Assembly: GCA_964035575.1 (NCBI GenBank)
Contig: OZ037833.1
Location: 372,001-436,000 of the forward strand
Direction of reading: 5' to 3'
From: Rhynchopus sp. YZ270_cl-10
Taxonomy: Eukaryota
Length of the DNA: 64,000 bases
In this document: one piece after another, positions 21,187 to 33,244 of the stretch
Numbering within the stretch: the first letter of the stretch is position 1
Layout of the letters: each line of letters opens with the position of its first letter
Made by a program: the position numbers and the translations under genes
The notes under the pieces: generated by a model
Database searches by the model: none
What the model was told of the DNA's origin: nothing
Seen by the model: the letters and a program-made list of their open reading frames with translations, nothing else

Positions 21187-22542
21187 TCAGCCTGCAGGTC
21201 TTACTGTGGCCGTGCTGCTGGCTCTGCTGGCTGCGGCACCATCGGCTTCGCCATCATAGCATGCGTCAACTTCTTCTATTCCACTGTCGACAACGATGTG
21301 CACGTTGCGAGGAAGCCGTCCAGACAAAGTGACTGCTTGCATGCCTGAGACGTCAACAGTCGACAACGTCGTGTAATGAGAAAAGAAGCCGTTCCCGATC
21401 GAAGTAACTGCTTTCATGCCTGTGACATCAACAGTCGACAACGATGTGCACTCACGTAAAAAGTCGTCCCCGATCGAAGTGACTGCTTTCATGCCTGTGA
21501 AATCAACAGTCGAAAACATTCTGCAACCAGTTAGGAAGCAGTCCCCGATCGAAGTGACTGCTTTCATGCCTGTGAGGTCAACAGTCGACAACATTGTACA
21601 ACCAGTTAGGAAGAACTGCCCGATCGAAGTGACTGCTTTCATGCCTGTGAAATCAAGAGTCGACAACATCGTGCAACCATGTAAGAACAAGTGCCCGATC
21701 GAAGTGACTGCTTTCATGCCTGCGAGGTCAACAGTCGACAACGTCGTGCAATGAGATAAGAAGCCGTTCCCGATCGAAGTGACTGCTTTCATGCCTGTGA
21801 AATCAACAGTCGACAATGCTGTGCTACATAAGAAGTTGTACCCGATCGAAGTGACTGCTTTCATGCCTGTGAAATCAACAGTCGACAACGCTGCGCAATC
21901 AAGTAAGAAGTGGTTACCGATCGAAGTGACTGCTTGCATGCCTGTGAGATCAACAGTCGACAACGTCGTGCAATGAGATAAGAAGCCGTTCCCGATCGAA
22001 GTGACTGCTTTCATGCCTGCGAGGTCAACAGTCGACAACATTGTACAGTCAGCTAGGAACCCGTGCCCAATCGCGGTGACGAAGGGCAAATTTGGTAGGT
22101 CCAGTGTGGTGTCGCAGTGAGGAAGGGAAGTGTCACGAATGTCATCCACACTCGACACGCAACTGGAACCAATGCACGTTACTGCACTTCCCTCGAAGAA
22201 GTCATCTGGGATCGCAGTCACAACTTCTGCCTGCAGAAGCAAGGAAGCCACCTTCGGATCGGTCACCTCCTTCAACCTTTCATCTGTGATGTCGGTCTCA
22301 CCCAGTGCATGAAGTGCTGCTATGGCCTCGTATTTCGTCGTTTTCGTCAGTACTACTTTGTCCCCAGCACTCAGTTCTGTGATGTCCTCCCCTTCCTCCT
22401 TCCCTCCGAAGCCCATATGAAAGCTGTCTTCGGCCAACCCCGTTGCTGTCGCCACCTTCCGACGCAGGGCCTCCGTTGTGTCATCCTCACCCACCTCGAT
22501 CACATGCTCCGTTTCGTCATACCCCTGTATCGTCACATCCAT
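21187..22542 (-). CDS. UBL + LRR protein, copy 3 (451 aa)
   Basis: Same N-terminus and repeat scaffold as copy 2, with different variable residues. Confidence 0.88.
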   Translation of the reverse strand: MDVTIQGYDETEHVIEVGEDDTTEALRRKVATATGLAEDSFHMGFGGKEEGEDITELSAGDKVVLTKTTKYEAIAALHALGETDITDERLKEVTDPKVASLLLQAEVVTAIPDDFFEGSAVTCIGSSCVSSVDDIRDTSLPHCDTTLDLPNLPFVTAIGHGFLADCTMLSTVDLAGMKAVTSIGNGFLSHCTTLSTVDLTGMQAVTSIGNHFLLDCAALSTVDFTGMKAVTSIGYNFLCSTALSTVDFTGMKAVTSIGNGFLSHCTTLSTVDLAGMKAVTSIGHLFLHGCTMLSTLDFTGMKAVTSIGQFFLTGCTMLSTVDLTGMKAVTSIGDCFLTGCRMFSTVDFTGMKAVTSIGDDFLRECTSLSTVDVTGMKAVTSIGNGFFSHYTTLSTVDVSGMQAVTLSGRLPRNVHIVVDSGIEEVDACYDGEADGAAASRASSTATVRPAG

Positions 22543-24462
22543 TTTTTGTGTGTCTTTCTCTGTTTCACGTTGTGAAAGGCGTGGCGGAGGTGTTTTGTGG
22601 CAATAAAACAAGACAAATCAAAAGTATTTAGCAGTAGGTTTGAGAGCCTCGGAAGCGCTGATCCTTTTCTCTTGAAGAAACCCTGGCCTTGCGCGGAAAA
22701 ACAGGTCACATCACAGAACCGCCAATAAAAAGAAAACTGAAAGCTTAAAAGCTGAATATGCCTCTCGTGTACACATCAAACGTTACTTGTGTCTCTTCGT
22801 CTTGTTAAGTTTCGTGTTGCATGAAGCATCCACACCAGTTCCACAGTGACCTCGTTCTGTACTTCATTATTTACCCCCCACTCCCTCTGTTGCAGGGCCG
22901 GAAAATATATCTGTTTCGCTTGATCAGATCTCGACCGTTTGTTGCAGTGCACGCTTCCACAAGAAAATGGGAGTGTCGGTGGCAGAGCACAAAAGAGTAA
23001 AATGAAAACACATCGGGTGGGGTCTCTGATCTATCTGTGAGGCGTATATATTTCCCCTAACACACCATGTTTGGCCAGGGCCTCTCCAGCGTGTCAGTTG
23101 CAAAAAAAAATAAAATGGGAAGGCACTTTTTTCATCATTATTGTTTGCAATAAAATAACTTTTTTGAACCTTGAAATCGCACCCCACCCCACTTTCCCCC
23201 CACCACGAGGATGCTCTTCGTCACACACAACACAAGAAACTTTCTCCACAGCACATCGCAGGGACGGGAAAAGAAAAAGACAAATGAAGGCAAGATGGGC
23301 CTTCTGAGCCCATCCACCCCCATCTGCTGTTTTCTGTGTGTTGTGGCGTGTTGAGTGCATGCACACTTTTATTTTTTGTCGGTTCTTGCTCTCCCACCAC
23401 CCTTACCACAATAGCTAACACAAAGCTCGCGACTTATCTAAACTTGTCTAAAAAGTTATTTTTTCGTACACTTTCTATTCTACTGAATAGAAGGTATAAT
23501 AGGGTGCACTAAAAACAAAAAAAAAACTACTAAACTATGTCAGATGAATGTACTTCTCTGTGCACACATCATTTTCCACTCTCGTGTCAGAACCAGAAAA
23601 GTTTATAAGATGAACCTAAGCCCCTCTGTGCTTAGTCATCTTAGAGAAAACAGTGTTGTGAAGATGCAACCCCGAAACCTAAAACAGAACGTGTCGTTAG
23701 CTAGCTTACAGACCCAGATGATGGGGTGTCTGCGGGGAAGGTGCGTGGTAGTGCAGTCCGTTCCCAGCGTTGCTTGGGAAAGGGGGGGTGCTCACATCAC
23801 AAAGGAAGAAGAGAAAATGAAAAGTTTATAAGATGATCCTAAGCCTCTCTGTGCTTAGTCACACCTTAGAGAAAACAGTTTTGTGAAGATGTACCCAGAA
23901 ACCTTGCTTTGACATCGTATGAGAAAAAAAGAATAGTTTATAAGATGATCCTAAGCCTCTCGTGCTTGGTCACCTCAAAAAAGGGGGAGAAATAGCGCTA
24001 CATTGATGTGTTTTTAAATGTTTTCAGAAAAACGTTTATATTTTTTCGACGGTAATTATGTCCCTGCCCTTTGCCCCAATACGTTTCTTTTTTTAGTCTA
24101 ATTTTGGGTTAGCTTTCGTTGAAATTTAAAGCAGAAAAAAAAAATAAATCTTTGCACCCCACCTCCCACACCCCTTTCGAACACCACAACTTTTTTGTAG
24201 TCTTTTCTGGTCATATCTTTTGTTTTTATTTCATTTTTTTTCAAAAAAAAAACCTGCTTTTGTAATTAGTGTCGACACCCCGAGGAGCCACTATACAAAA
24301 AAAAAAAAAAACGCTATTTGCTCTTCACTGCAGATGAAAACGATCATCGTCTCTCAGGGATTTACTATTATTACTTCACCTTCTTTCCCTTGCTACACGC
24401 TATTCAGTTCTCTTTCAAAGGATCAATGTCCTCTCCCCTTACTCCCCCCTCCCCCTCCCTCC

Positions 24463-27380
24463 TTATCGGTTGAAACCGCATTTTTCATCATTGTCTCGTT
24501 TATATGAGATTTTGGGTGTATGCCGTACTGTGGGGATCTTAACAGAGGAGCTACCAGAAGAGGAGAGGGGCCCTTCGTCGTGCCCATGGCCTTTTCGTTG
24601 GTGGCGACTTCGGCTTGCGCTTTTTCTGTCAACTGCGTCTTGGGCGCGTTTTCCTGCGCGTTTGTGGGGGTAGTCAAGCTCCGCCATGTCATCACTCAAT
24701 GAGATCGGCAGGCTTTCCGCAACCACATCATGTCCAACGTTATCGATTGCATCCTGAAAATACCCCTCCAAATTCAGTTCTAACCTCTCAAGAAAATCAC
24801 GCCATTCTTTTAACGCGTCGTACAGCCTCTTTAATTTGAAAAGCTTGCTTTGATCTTCAGGGGACAAAGCATGAGTGGGGTCCTTCTTCGCCGCAGCAGG
24901 CTGCAAAGCGGCAGGTACCCCTGCAGCAGGAAGTTTCCCCAAGGCAATAGGCGGAATCGATTCCGGCGATGTTTGTGGACTCCGTACTGTTATCGTGCAA
25001 AGTGCAGGGGAAGGGGGTGTCGAAGAGAGTGTGGAAGAGGCCTGCGGGTAATGGCCAAATCGTTGTTTCGCAGTGAAATCTCCACGGTAGCTGTTATGTT
25101 GGGAACCACGGAAGGTTTTTCGGGTTGTTCTGGCTGGGGTATGTTGGCATGTATCGGGTGTGGCAGAGCGTGCGGTTTCGGTCTTGAGAATACCACAGCG
25201 GCGCCGACTGGCGCGGAATTTATCGAAATTTGGCAAATAGCAGTCGTCTTTAACTGGAACCGTTCCTGCCCCAGGGAGGCTTGAGACAACGATAGGTCGA
25301 CCGCTCTCTGCGGCTTCGGATTTGCTGTTGAAGTATCGCCCCAGAGTTCGCAGCGCAGTGGTGCACCATTGAGTGTAATCAGCAGGTTCTGCGTCGTGCT
25401 TGAGAGGGGTAAGTTTTACGACAGAAAGGTATTGTGAGACTTTGTCAGATTCCACCTTCGGTTGCGTAAGGCTTTGCAGTGCCAGCACAAAAGGCGTGAG
25501 AGGGTTTCGCGCGGCAACCTCCGGATCGTCCGAACAAAAGCATTTCAACGAATTTCCTTCTTTTCCGAAGGGTTGGAGAAGGGTCTGGATATCTGCTTTG
25601 ATTTCGTGTGGTTTGGGTCGGTCATCAGCTTTGAAACGCATACATCTCGCGAGAAGAACCGAAAACCCATCACTCAACGTCAATGGCACCGCAAACGAGG
25701 CAATACATATATTGCTGTCCACATCAGATCGAACCTCATCCTTAAGCATAAAAGAAGGCCAGGGACCTTCTTGGTTTGGGGTGGCAAGAACCAGCATGGT
25801 GAGGGCAAGCGACCACACATCAGCAGCACCTGTCACAGACCCAGCACCTTCGTCATCATCTAGGCCCATTGGAGGGCTGAGTGAGTCGAGACCGTCCAAT
25901 CCTGACGCAGTGTCCATCAACGAAGCGTTTGAAGCGAGCTCTGGTGCACGAAACCGCAGAGTGGTCAACCCACCTCCACTAACGCGAAACTCTCGTGACG
26001 AACCCGACATGGTTCTGCCAAAGGTGCTGTCCAAAGGTACAAACGCAGACGGCGCGCAAAACCCATCGTCATCCCCAGCAACGTCGCTCGCGATAGACCC
26101 ATACTTCGGAAGGCCAATCTTTTCCCCACGCTTTGAAGTCCCAAAGTCCGCAAACTTAATATACCCTTCGCGGGAGACAAGAATATTTGAAGGTTTGATG
26201 TCATTATGCAGAATACAGTAAGACCCAAGACGTTGCAAAGCGCAGGCAAGCTGTTTGAAAATGTACAACACGATCGCCTCTGGGAGAACGCCGTGGGTGT
26301 GCGAAGAGTCTCTGTTTTTTTTGTTTTTTTTGAGAAATTCACAACAAAAAATACATACGTAATAGGCGACTCCTTTGGTTGACTGCATCCACATTGCCGT
26401 CGCATATTCAGTGGATGTGTATGAACGTAGCGCGCGCCTTTACTCTGCTGGACGTACCCTGGAGAGAGGCTGGTTGCTACCATGGTGATGGCCAAGGCGG
26501 CTACGTAGAGAGCGGAGCAACGGTCGTTTTTCATGACTTCTTCTGCAGTGCTTGCGGCCATTGAATCTGAGCTGCGCCCGAGAAATGCACTCCGAGTTGG
26601 AAACTTTGCAACAATCTTATTCAACACCCTCTGATCAATCAACGACGCCAGCCGCCTCAACTGATCCAGGTTAAAATCCATATGCTCCATGACAAACTCG
26701 ACACTCCCGGCACTCCGTTTCGCTGGAGAGCTTGGGGCTGATGGGGAACCCGGTACCCCTCCACTCTCCATTGAGAATGTACCAGGGGGTGATGCGAAAA
26801 CCCCGCTCCGCCCGGTACGTGCCGGATTGAGTCTGGCGCAGTAGAGTTTGACAATGTGGTGGATGCTGCTCTGATAGTGTTGTCTATGGAACTCACCCTG
26901 GATGGCGCTGGCGATGAGTTGTGTCATTTCTTCGGAGGGGAGTCGTACAGAGACTGGCGCGCTGGTTTTTTCGCATCGGTCGAGATTGACTTCTTTGCGA
27001 ACAAAGAAGACCGGAACAGTGGGAAGTTTTTGAAAATGTCTTGGTCCCTGAAATTTGTAGACCACCCCTTGCGCGCCGCCTCCGATGTAGTCTTCGCGGT
27101 CGCGCGCCTTATCCATCGCGTTGAAGAGACATTGGGAGCAGCCGCGTTCCGCGCAATTCTCTCGGTGGACTGCTTCCTTCGTGCGTTCGGTGGTGTTAGG
27201 CTGGACAATGGTCATGCCTTCTTCGGTGATGACAAAGGTGCCTTTTTCTTGGTCGCGAACCTCAATCTGCTCTGGTGTGACGTGGACGCACCCGGAGCTC
27301 CACGCGGTTGTATCGAGTGTAGGCATTTGCGTCAGAGCAGCAGGCTTCGGCGCTTTCCTCCTTGTCCTATCACCCCTCAT
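24463..27380 (-). CDS. Ser/Thr protein kinase, MAP2K/STE7-like with large insertions (956 aa); exons 27380-26359 and 26311-24463
   Basis: IGGGAQGVVYK, VRKEV, VMEHMD, LHNDIKPSNILV, KFADFG, RAPE and ADVWSL. The 47-nt GTATGT..ACAG intron 26312-26358 fuses the two listed ORFs in frame. Confidence 0.88.
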
Positions 27381-27761
27381 GATCGGAACGGATGATTCAT
27401 GAAAAAGGGGAGGGAAAATGGGTAAAAAGAGAAAAGAAAAAAGAAGAAGAGTTTAAAGGATGAACCTAAGCCTCTCTCTGTGCTTTAAATGGTTGGTTCT
27501 CGGTGTTTGGTCTAAAAAGGGGGTAGAAAGGTGGGCAAAGAGGGGGACGTTCAGTGTATTTGTGGAAGGGGTTTTTAATTGATTTTGGTTGGTTCTGTAT
27601 AGTGGTTGCTTGGGTTTTTAAGAGGAGGGGTTTTATATTATGTTTGTTGGGCATCTTCTGAATGCGCAGAACGTACGTGGAGGAGAGTGTGGAGGGTTTT
27701 GCTAACACGTACTAGATATTGTCCCCCCGGCACTTTTTCCCCCAAGGGGGGGCAATTTCAC

Positions 27762-28230
27762 GGGGATACACAGATGGACACCTAACCGACTTGGCATATA
27801 TGCACGACAACGCGGCAAAAAACAATGCGCACGGTGGATGAAGTGGATGAAATTCTGGTACATCGAACAAAACTGCGTCATTGGTTCGGTGCAATGCGCT
27901 CGTCGAAGCTGCAAAATAAGGAAGCAGTAATCGCTACTGAGCTGAAGAAGCCTGTCCTTCAGTACCCGGGTGAGCACCTGATTCTCTGGTCTGCGGCCTA
28001 CCTCTCTGAGACAGTTGTCGCAAGCACGAATATCGATGTGTCCTGCAAGGCCCTGGAGGGCGAGGATCCAGGTCTCGCTGCAACCCTGAAAGACCCGCAT
28101 TTTCGTCTGATGAACGAGATGTTGAGGGACGTGTGGTCGGAGTTGAGCACGACAAGCCAATCCCTTCAACGAATGGACTTGACAGTGACCACTGGTGAAC
28201 AGTGTCTTGCGCGCTGTCACAACAACTTGC
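27762..28230 (+). pseudogene. hAT transposase fragment (ZNF862/ZMYM1-like central region), decayed
   Basis: A degenerate IH..H..LA segment is followed by ELKKPVLQY...LWSAAY and LKDPHFRLMNEMLRDVWSELSTTSQSLQRMDLTV, which resembles the hAT insertion-domain helices. It lies opposite to the host-gene strand. Confidence 0.55.
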
Positions 28231-28780
28231 TGGTGAGAGCTGTTACTCCTGGTGCGTATGAAGCTTTGTATCTTGCATCACCGAGTGTACCTGCCTCTGT
28301 CCGCGAAGAATGCCTGTCTCGTGATCGCCAGAGACCTCAAAAAAAGATGGACTGCGTGGGGGGCTAAGCCTATGGCGGGAGTGTTGGGGGCACTGGCCGT
28401 GACCGATTTTAGCGCCGATACCTTTGGTACAAATGACAGGGTGTACCAGGGGGGTGGAACCCTACCTATGCAGTCCTACAATCCCAAAACATAAAAAAAG
28501 GGGAAATTTTTGGGGGAAGAGCAGGGGGAGGGAGGGAGGGAAGATCTTTTTTTTCTTTGTTCCAATTTCTGGAAATTCTGGATAGTACTCCAGGTTTTTC
28601 CTATTCTATCTACAGTGTGTCGCAATATTACGGGTTTCTACCAAAATCCCCGCCGTATTTTCTATGATTTCTTGTCGCTGTGGCATCCATGTCGGAACGT
28701 CAGCTCAAAAAAGGAAAAGAAAAGAAACGGGGAGAAGAGTGTACTACCACAGAGTTCTATTTATTTATTTTTGTTTTTTT

Positions 28781-28830
28781 TGAAAACTTGGTTGTATTAG
28801 TGTAGCCACCCTAGAGTGTGCTCTACTATG
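28781..28830. repeat. Micro-hairpin family B (TTGAAAACTTGGTTGTATTAGTGTAG-core-CTCCACTA), representative copy
   Basis: Other copies at ~5152, 18884, 24266, 36210, 46818, 57481, 61090 and 61260; one inverted copy at ~16039-16090. Confidence 0.9.
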
Positions 28831-29290
28831 ATTTTTTTTTGAAAATGTGCAAATTCGAGGGAAAATATCTAAAAAGACGGTAAGGTACAAACCTAATTCT
28901 GTAGTGCAGAATTTGGTTTCCGCAAGTTTGTTGTCAATCAAAATGGAGTCTAAAATTTATTGTCGGGTATATCTTTTTCTTTGTGTTTTCTTTTTTTTTT
29001 CTTAGCTTGATTTTCAAATTCTCTAAGAGCGCTCTAAAGGAAGGCTTTACTATCTCACCCTACTAGGGTGAACACTGAGGACAGGTTTGGACATTTCCAT
29101 CCGAGGGATTACTCACAAAAAAAAACAACTGATTTCTAAAATCCGCAGTTCTAAAAAAATCAACCCTAGCAACAACCCTCCATAAAGCATACTCTACAGA
29201 AGGGAAGCGTCACAAAATATTTAAAAAAAAAAAAACTTGAAAATACAAAAATCCCTCGGATCGATTTTGTACCTAAACCAACCGTATTCT

Positions 29291-32200
29291 CTATGCCCAG
29301 TGCTGTTGGTGTGTCATGGGCTGTTGTTGCGCTTCGCCGAAGGGTGTTACTTGAACTTGCTGTGGTCCGCCTGAAGGCATCTGTTCAGCGGGGCGTTCCC
29401 CCCACTGGCTCATCCGGACAGGCGGGCTGGTGGACGACACACCTCCAGTGGGTATGCCACTCTCAGAACGTGACGGCAACATATCCCGAGGTGTACCACC
29501 ACCACCCAAACCGTTCACCAGGTTCCCTACGACCGGGTTGTCTACCTGCAAAAAGAGAAAAGAAAATATGACAAAATCGGGAAAGTTTTGAGCTCTGCAT
29601 CGATGACAGAAAAGTTTATAAGATGATCCTAAGCCTCTCACCTTAGGATAATATTTACCCCATCGATAAATTCAGAACGCATGCGTTCTGGGTCCATAAC
29701 GTAGACCTATATTACCTTTTCTTTGTACGAAAATGCAGAGAAATGCCCCTGCGTTGAGCTTTCTTTAAATTTTTTTAGAACTATTTATTGGGGTGAAAAT
29801 AAACGCACTTTTTTCACACGAGTTTTGCTTGCCAAAACAAGGTAGGAATTTTATTCGCAGAGGCCTAGGGGTAAGCCAAAGGAGTGCCACTTTTGCGCGT
29901 ATTTCTACGAACTGCGGGATGAGAACAAAACGGGGAGCACACTATGGACGACCTACAGTAAGCTAAACAAACACTTAAGAACGTATATAATGAGAAGTTG
30001 CAGGACTGGCCCCGCCTGACGTCCTTACTGAAGGGATTTTCCAGGGATGAGGTGCCGAAGCAAAGTTTGAACGATTTGAAGGGGTTCTTGACAGACGAAA
30101 GCAAGGAGACACACTTCTGGGTGCTGCGCAAGGCGATGATGGCTGTGCAATTCACGGACTGCGGAGCAAAGAAGTCATCAACATCCGCTTCGAAGACGTA
30201 CAAGACACGGGGAGCGCCCTTCCCAAGCCCAGTAATCCAAAAAATAAACTAGCACGCCCACCGACCACGAAAAAAAGTTGGCCCACCCTTAAATAAAAAA
30301 CCCCCCATACCACAAGCATCGTCTTCAGCCTCTTTGTCATATCATTTAGACGGTGCTGGTAGCTGCCTTCTCTTTGTGCGGCACCACCACCACCGCCACC
30401 ACCTCCTCCTCCCCCACCCCCACGCTCCCCTCCGTGTGTCGCAGCAGGAGACCAATGCTGTGCCACCCTCCTCGGCGCAACCCGTGGAGGTGTCCCCATA
30501 CGCTCGGACTGGTGCACCAGGAACGAATCCGCCCCGAGGTTCGCTGAGGTGTTGTTTGCGGGCGGGGCGTGCATGAAGCTGCCTTCGTGGGATACGGGGG
30601 GGACGTACCCGGGGGCTGGCTGCTGTACTGGGAGAATCGCAGAGGTATCGTGTATTGTGGACACACCAGACACATCTTCCGGGCTTCGTCGTCGCGGCGG
30701 GGACAGCCCCCTGGCTGCGGCACCACGCCGCACACTGCTTGTTGGGAGGTCAAAGTTGAGGACCTTAGCGGTTTCCACTGGCAGGCTAGCATCGTGCGCC
30801 CCTGCCTTTAGCATGGCGGTGAGCTCTTGGCTGCGTTTGCTGATGAAATCCTTTTTCGCTGCGGCTTCCTCCTTGACCTTTGCTTGCCCTGCAGCCACAT
30901 CCCCGTCTTCTTTGTTGAGGAGGATGGTCCTGTAGTAGGTCGCTTCTTTGCTGCTTTTGCGTTCCATTTCCTCGGTTTTGCGTAGTGTTGCTGTGGTGCT
31001 CTCGAGAACGGCGTTGAGGTCCTTTATGTCTTCTTCGTTCTGCCGTATTCTCGCTTTGAGCTCCGCTGCAGCTTGGTGTGCTGCAGTGAGATCGCGGTCT
31101 TTTTGGCGGAGCGTCAGGTTTGCTTCTGAAAGCGAGGTCTGCAGTGCAGAATGCTCGCCTTGAAGGGTGTTTAGCGCCGCATCCACCTCAGACACCTGAT
31201 CGGTGAGGAGTTGCAACGTTTTGTCCTTTTCTATGCGAACAGCGTGGAGCTTGTTGACTTCGTTGGTGAAACGCTCTTCGTTGACCTGCATCTGGCGGAG
31301 GTCCTGCTCCAGGGTGAGGATCGATCCTGCCTTGTCGTCTGTCTCGACGAGACCTTGGGAGACCAAGGCGGCCAGGCGGGAGAGCTCTTCGCTGTCGCGT
31401 TCGCGGAGGGCTTCGGCGCGTTCCTTTGCGTCGGCGAGTCTGAGGATCTCCTTGGTGCTTTCGGCAGCACGGCGGCGAAGTTCGTTGCCTTCGTCGGTGA
31501 GGGTGTCGAGCTTGACCTGAGGGAGGAGGAGGAGGAGGAGGTGGTGGAGTAATAAATACTCTGTGCTGATATTTTTATTACTGCAATACGCTCCCACTGA
31601 CTATCTGGCAGTGAAGAGGAAACCTCTTTGAGGCCAAAAAGAGAGTGCACATAGAGGGGCATGAACCCTCCTCCCGAAAATGAACTGAAACAGTAAAAAA
31701 ACGCGAAGGTAGAATTTTTCATTCCAAAAAAAAAAAACTCCAATATGGGAAGTTTTTTTGGGGGGTTCAGGTAGGCTTCAAGACTGTCATACCTGCATCG
31801 TATTGACCTCCCCTTCACTGTCGCGGATGAGGCCCAACAGCCGCGTCTCTGTTGCCGCAATGTGTGTCTGCGCCGCTTCGATCCCTTTCTGCATTTGCCC
31901 AAGCTTTTCGTCCTTCAGCTGCAAATCCTCATGCTGCACATCTCTCACCAGCTCTGCAGCCTCGAGCAGTCCTTGCAGCTCTTGCACCTTCTGGCATGCG
32001 TCATCGCGCCCTGCCTCCACTGCATCTACAGCACTGCGCACCTGCCCCCACTCCGCCACAACACGCTTCGCCACCTCTTGCAGCGACACCGTGAACGCAC
32101 CGAGCAGTCTGTACTGGTCCTCCACCGGCTCTGTCACCACCGGAACGGATACTTCCTTGAGGACCTCGTTGTCGCCGTTGAACGCATGCATCTCCTTCAG

Positions 32201-33043
32201 CAGTGCTGTTAAGGACTGAAGGGTGTGCTGGACGTTGCCTCTGGCCTGAACAGTGGCTTCTTCGACGGCGGTGATGTGCTCGGAGAGACGCACCACGACT
32301 GTGCCTGCGAGGAGCTCGTCGCGCTCGAGGGAGGTGATCTTTTCAGACACAACGTCGCCCTGGGATTCGAAGGAGCGGATCTGCTCTGCCGCAGCTGCCA
32401 GGTCGCGGGTGAGGCGTGTCTTGACGGCGTTGACCTCAGAGAGCTCCTGCAGCAGGGCGCTGCCTTCCTCCTCCAGCTCGCGGATGCGGTTGCCGCGCTC
32501 GCGCATCTCGCGTTTGCAGGAGTGCAGCTCGGACTCGGTTTCGTCGAGGTCCTTGACAACGCTGTCCAGGACGGAGCGGAGCTTTGCGTCGTTCTGGGTG
32601 TGTGCAGGGGAGATGGAGCGGGACTGGAGTGGGGCAGGGTCGCGGGGTTCTATGAACGGCTGCTGCTGCTGCTGCTGTGGGGGGTGTTCGAAGCGTGGTG
32701 GTGGACGTTGCTGCTGTTGGTTTTGCTGCTGTTGTTGATTCTGTTGCTGTTGGTGTTGGTGTTGGTGTTGTTGTTGTTGTTGGTTCTGCTGCTGGTATTG
32801 TTGCTGCTGCTGCTGCTGTTGGTTCTGCTGTTGTTGTTGGTGTTGTTGTTGTTGTTGATGCTGTGGCGGTGCCTGCTGCCCTGCCCGCCCTCCCGTATTG
32901 CTCATAACCAGCTTGCGTCCCCATGCCAGGACAGAAGGTGCCGAGGGTGGGGGCACATTCGTCCCACCCCCCTTCAACCCAAAGGGCGGCCGTGACGGGG
33001 AGATCCTCCCCGCAGAAGAAGGCTCGCCTGGTGGGCGAGGCAT
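29291..33043 (-). CDS. Long coiled-coil protein with polyQ tract (903 aa); exons 33043-31793, 31516-30311 and 29545-29291
   Basis: Two phase-0 GTATG..CAG introns (31517-31792 and 29546-30310) join three ORFs; heptad-rich E/K/L/A composition; CAG/CAA tract at ~32660-32860. Confidence 0.82.
29870..30212 (+). pseudogene. Crypton-type tyrosine recombinase fragment (two frameshifts), inside an intron and antisense to the host gene
   Basis: Stitched translation AYFYELRDENKTGSTLWTTYSKLN / LQDWPRLTSLLKGF..PKQS..DLKGFL..FWVLRKAMM / GLRSKEVINIRFEDV contains the Box I GxRxxE motif and the STLW.xYS motif typical of CryptonI-like recombinases. Confidence 0.75.
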
Positions 33044-33173
33044 GGTCGTGGGGCTCCTTTGCGTTCCCTCGGTTCAAATATGCCCGCAGAGAGAGGAGAG
33101 GGGCCTGAAAGGGGGAGCTATTTGAGTATGTGCGAAGCGTGAAAAAAAAAAGTTGTCTTGAAACACAACAGCC

Positions 33174-33244
33174 CTCTGTGAACAGTGTACCTTTGGTACA
33201 ATGACCGGCTGTACCGGGGGTGGACCAACCCATGCAGTCCTATG
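33174..33244. repeat. Micro-hairpin family E (GAACAGTGTACCTTTGGTAC...CCATGCAGTCCTA), representative copy
   Basis: Other copies at ~6046-6120, 13819 (partial), 28417, 36043 and 60031, all in the same orientation. Confidence 0.85.

Noticed and set aside
22854..22870. GTTCTGTACTTCATT resembling the 3' end of the euglenozoan spliced leader
   Set aside because: A short imperfect match with no SL 5' half and no G|GT donor following.
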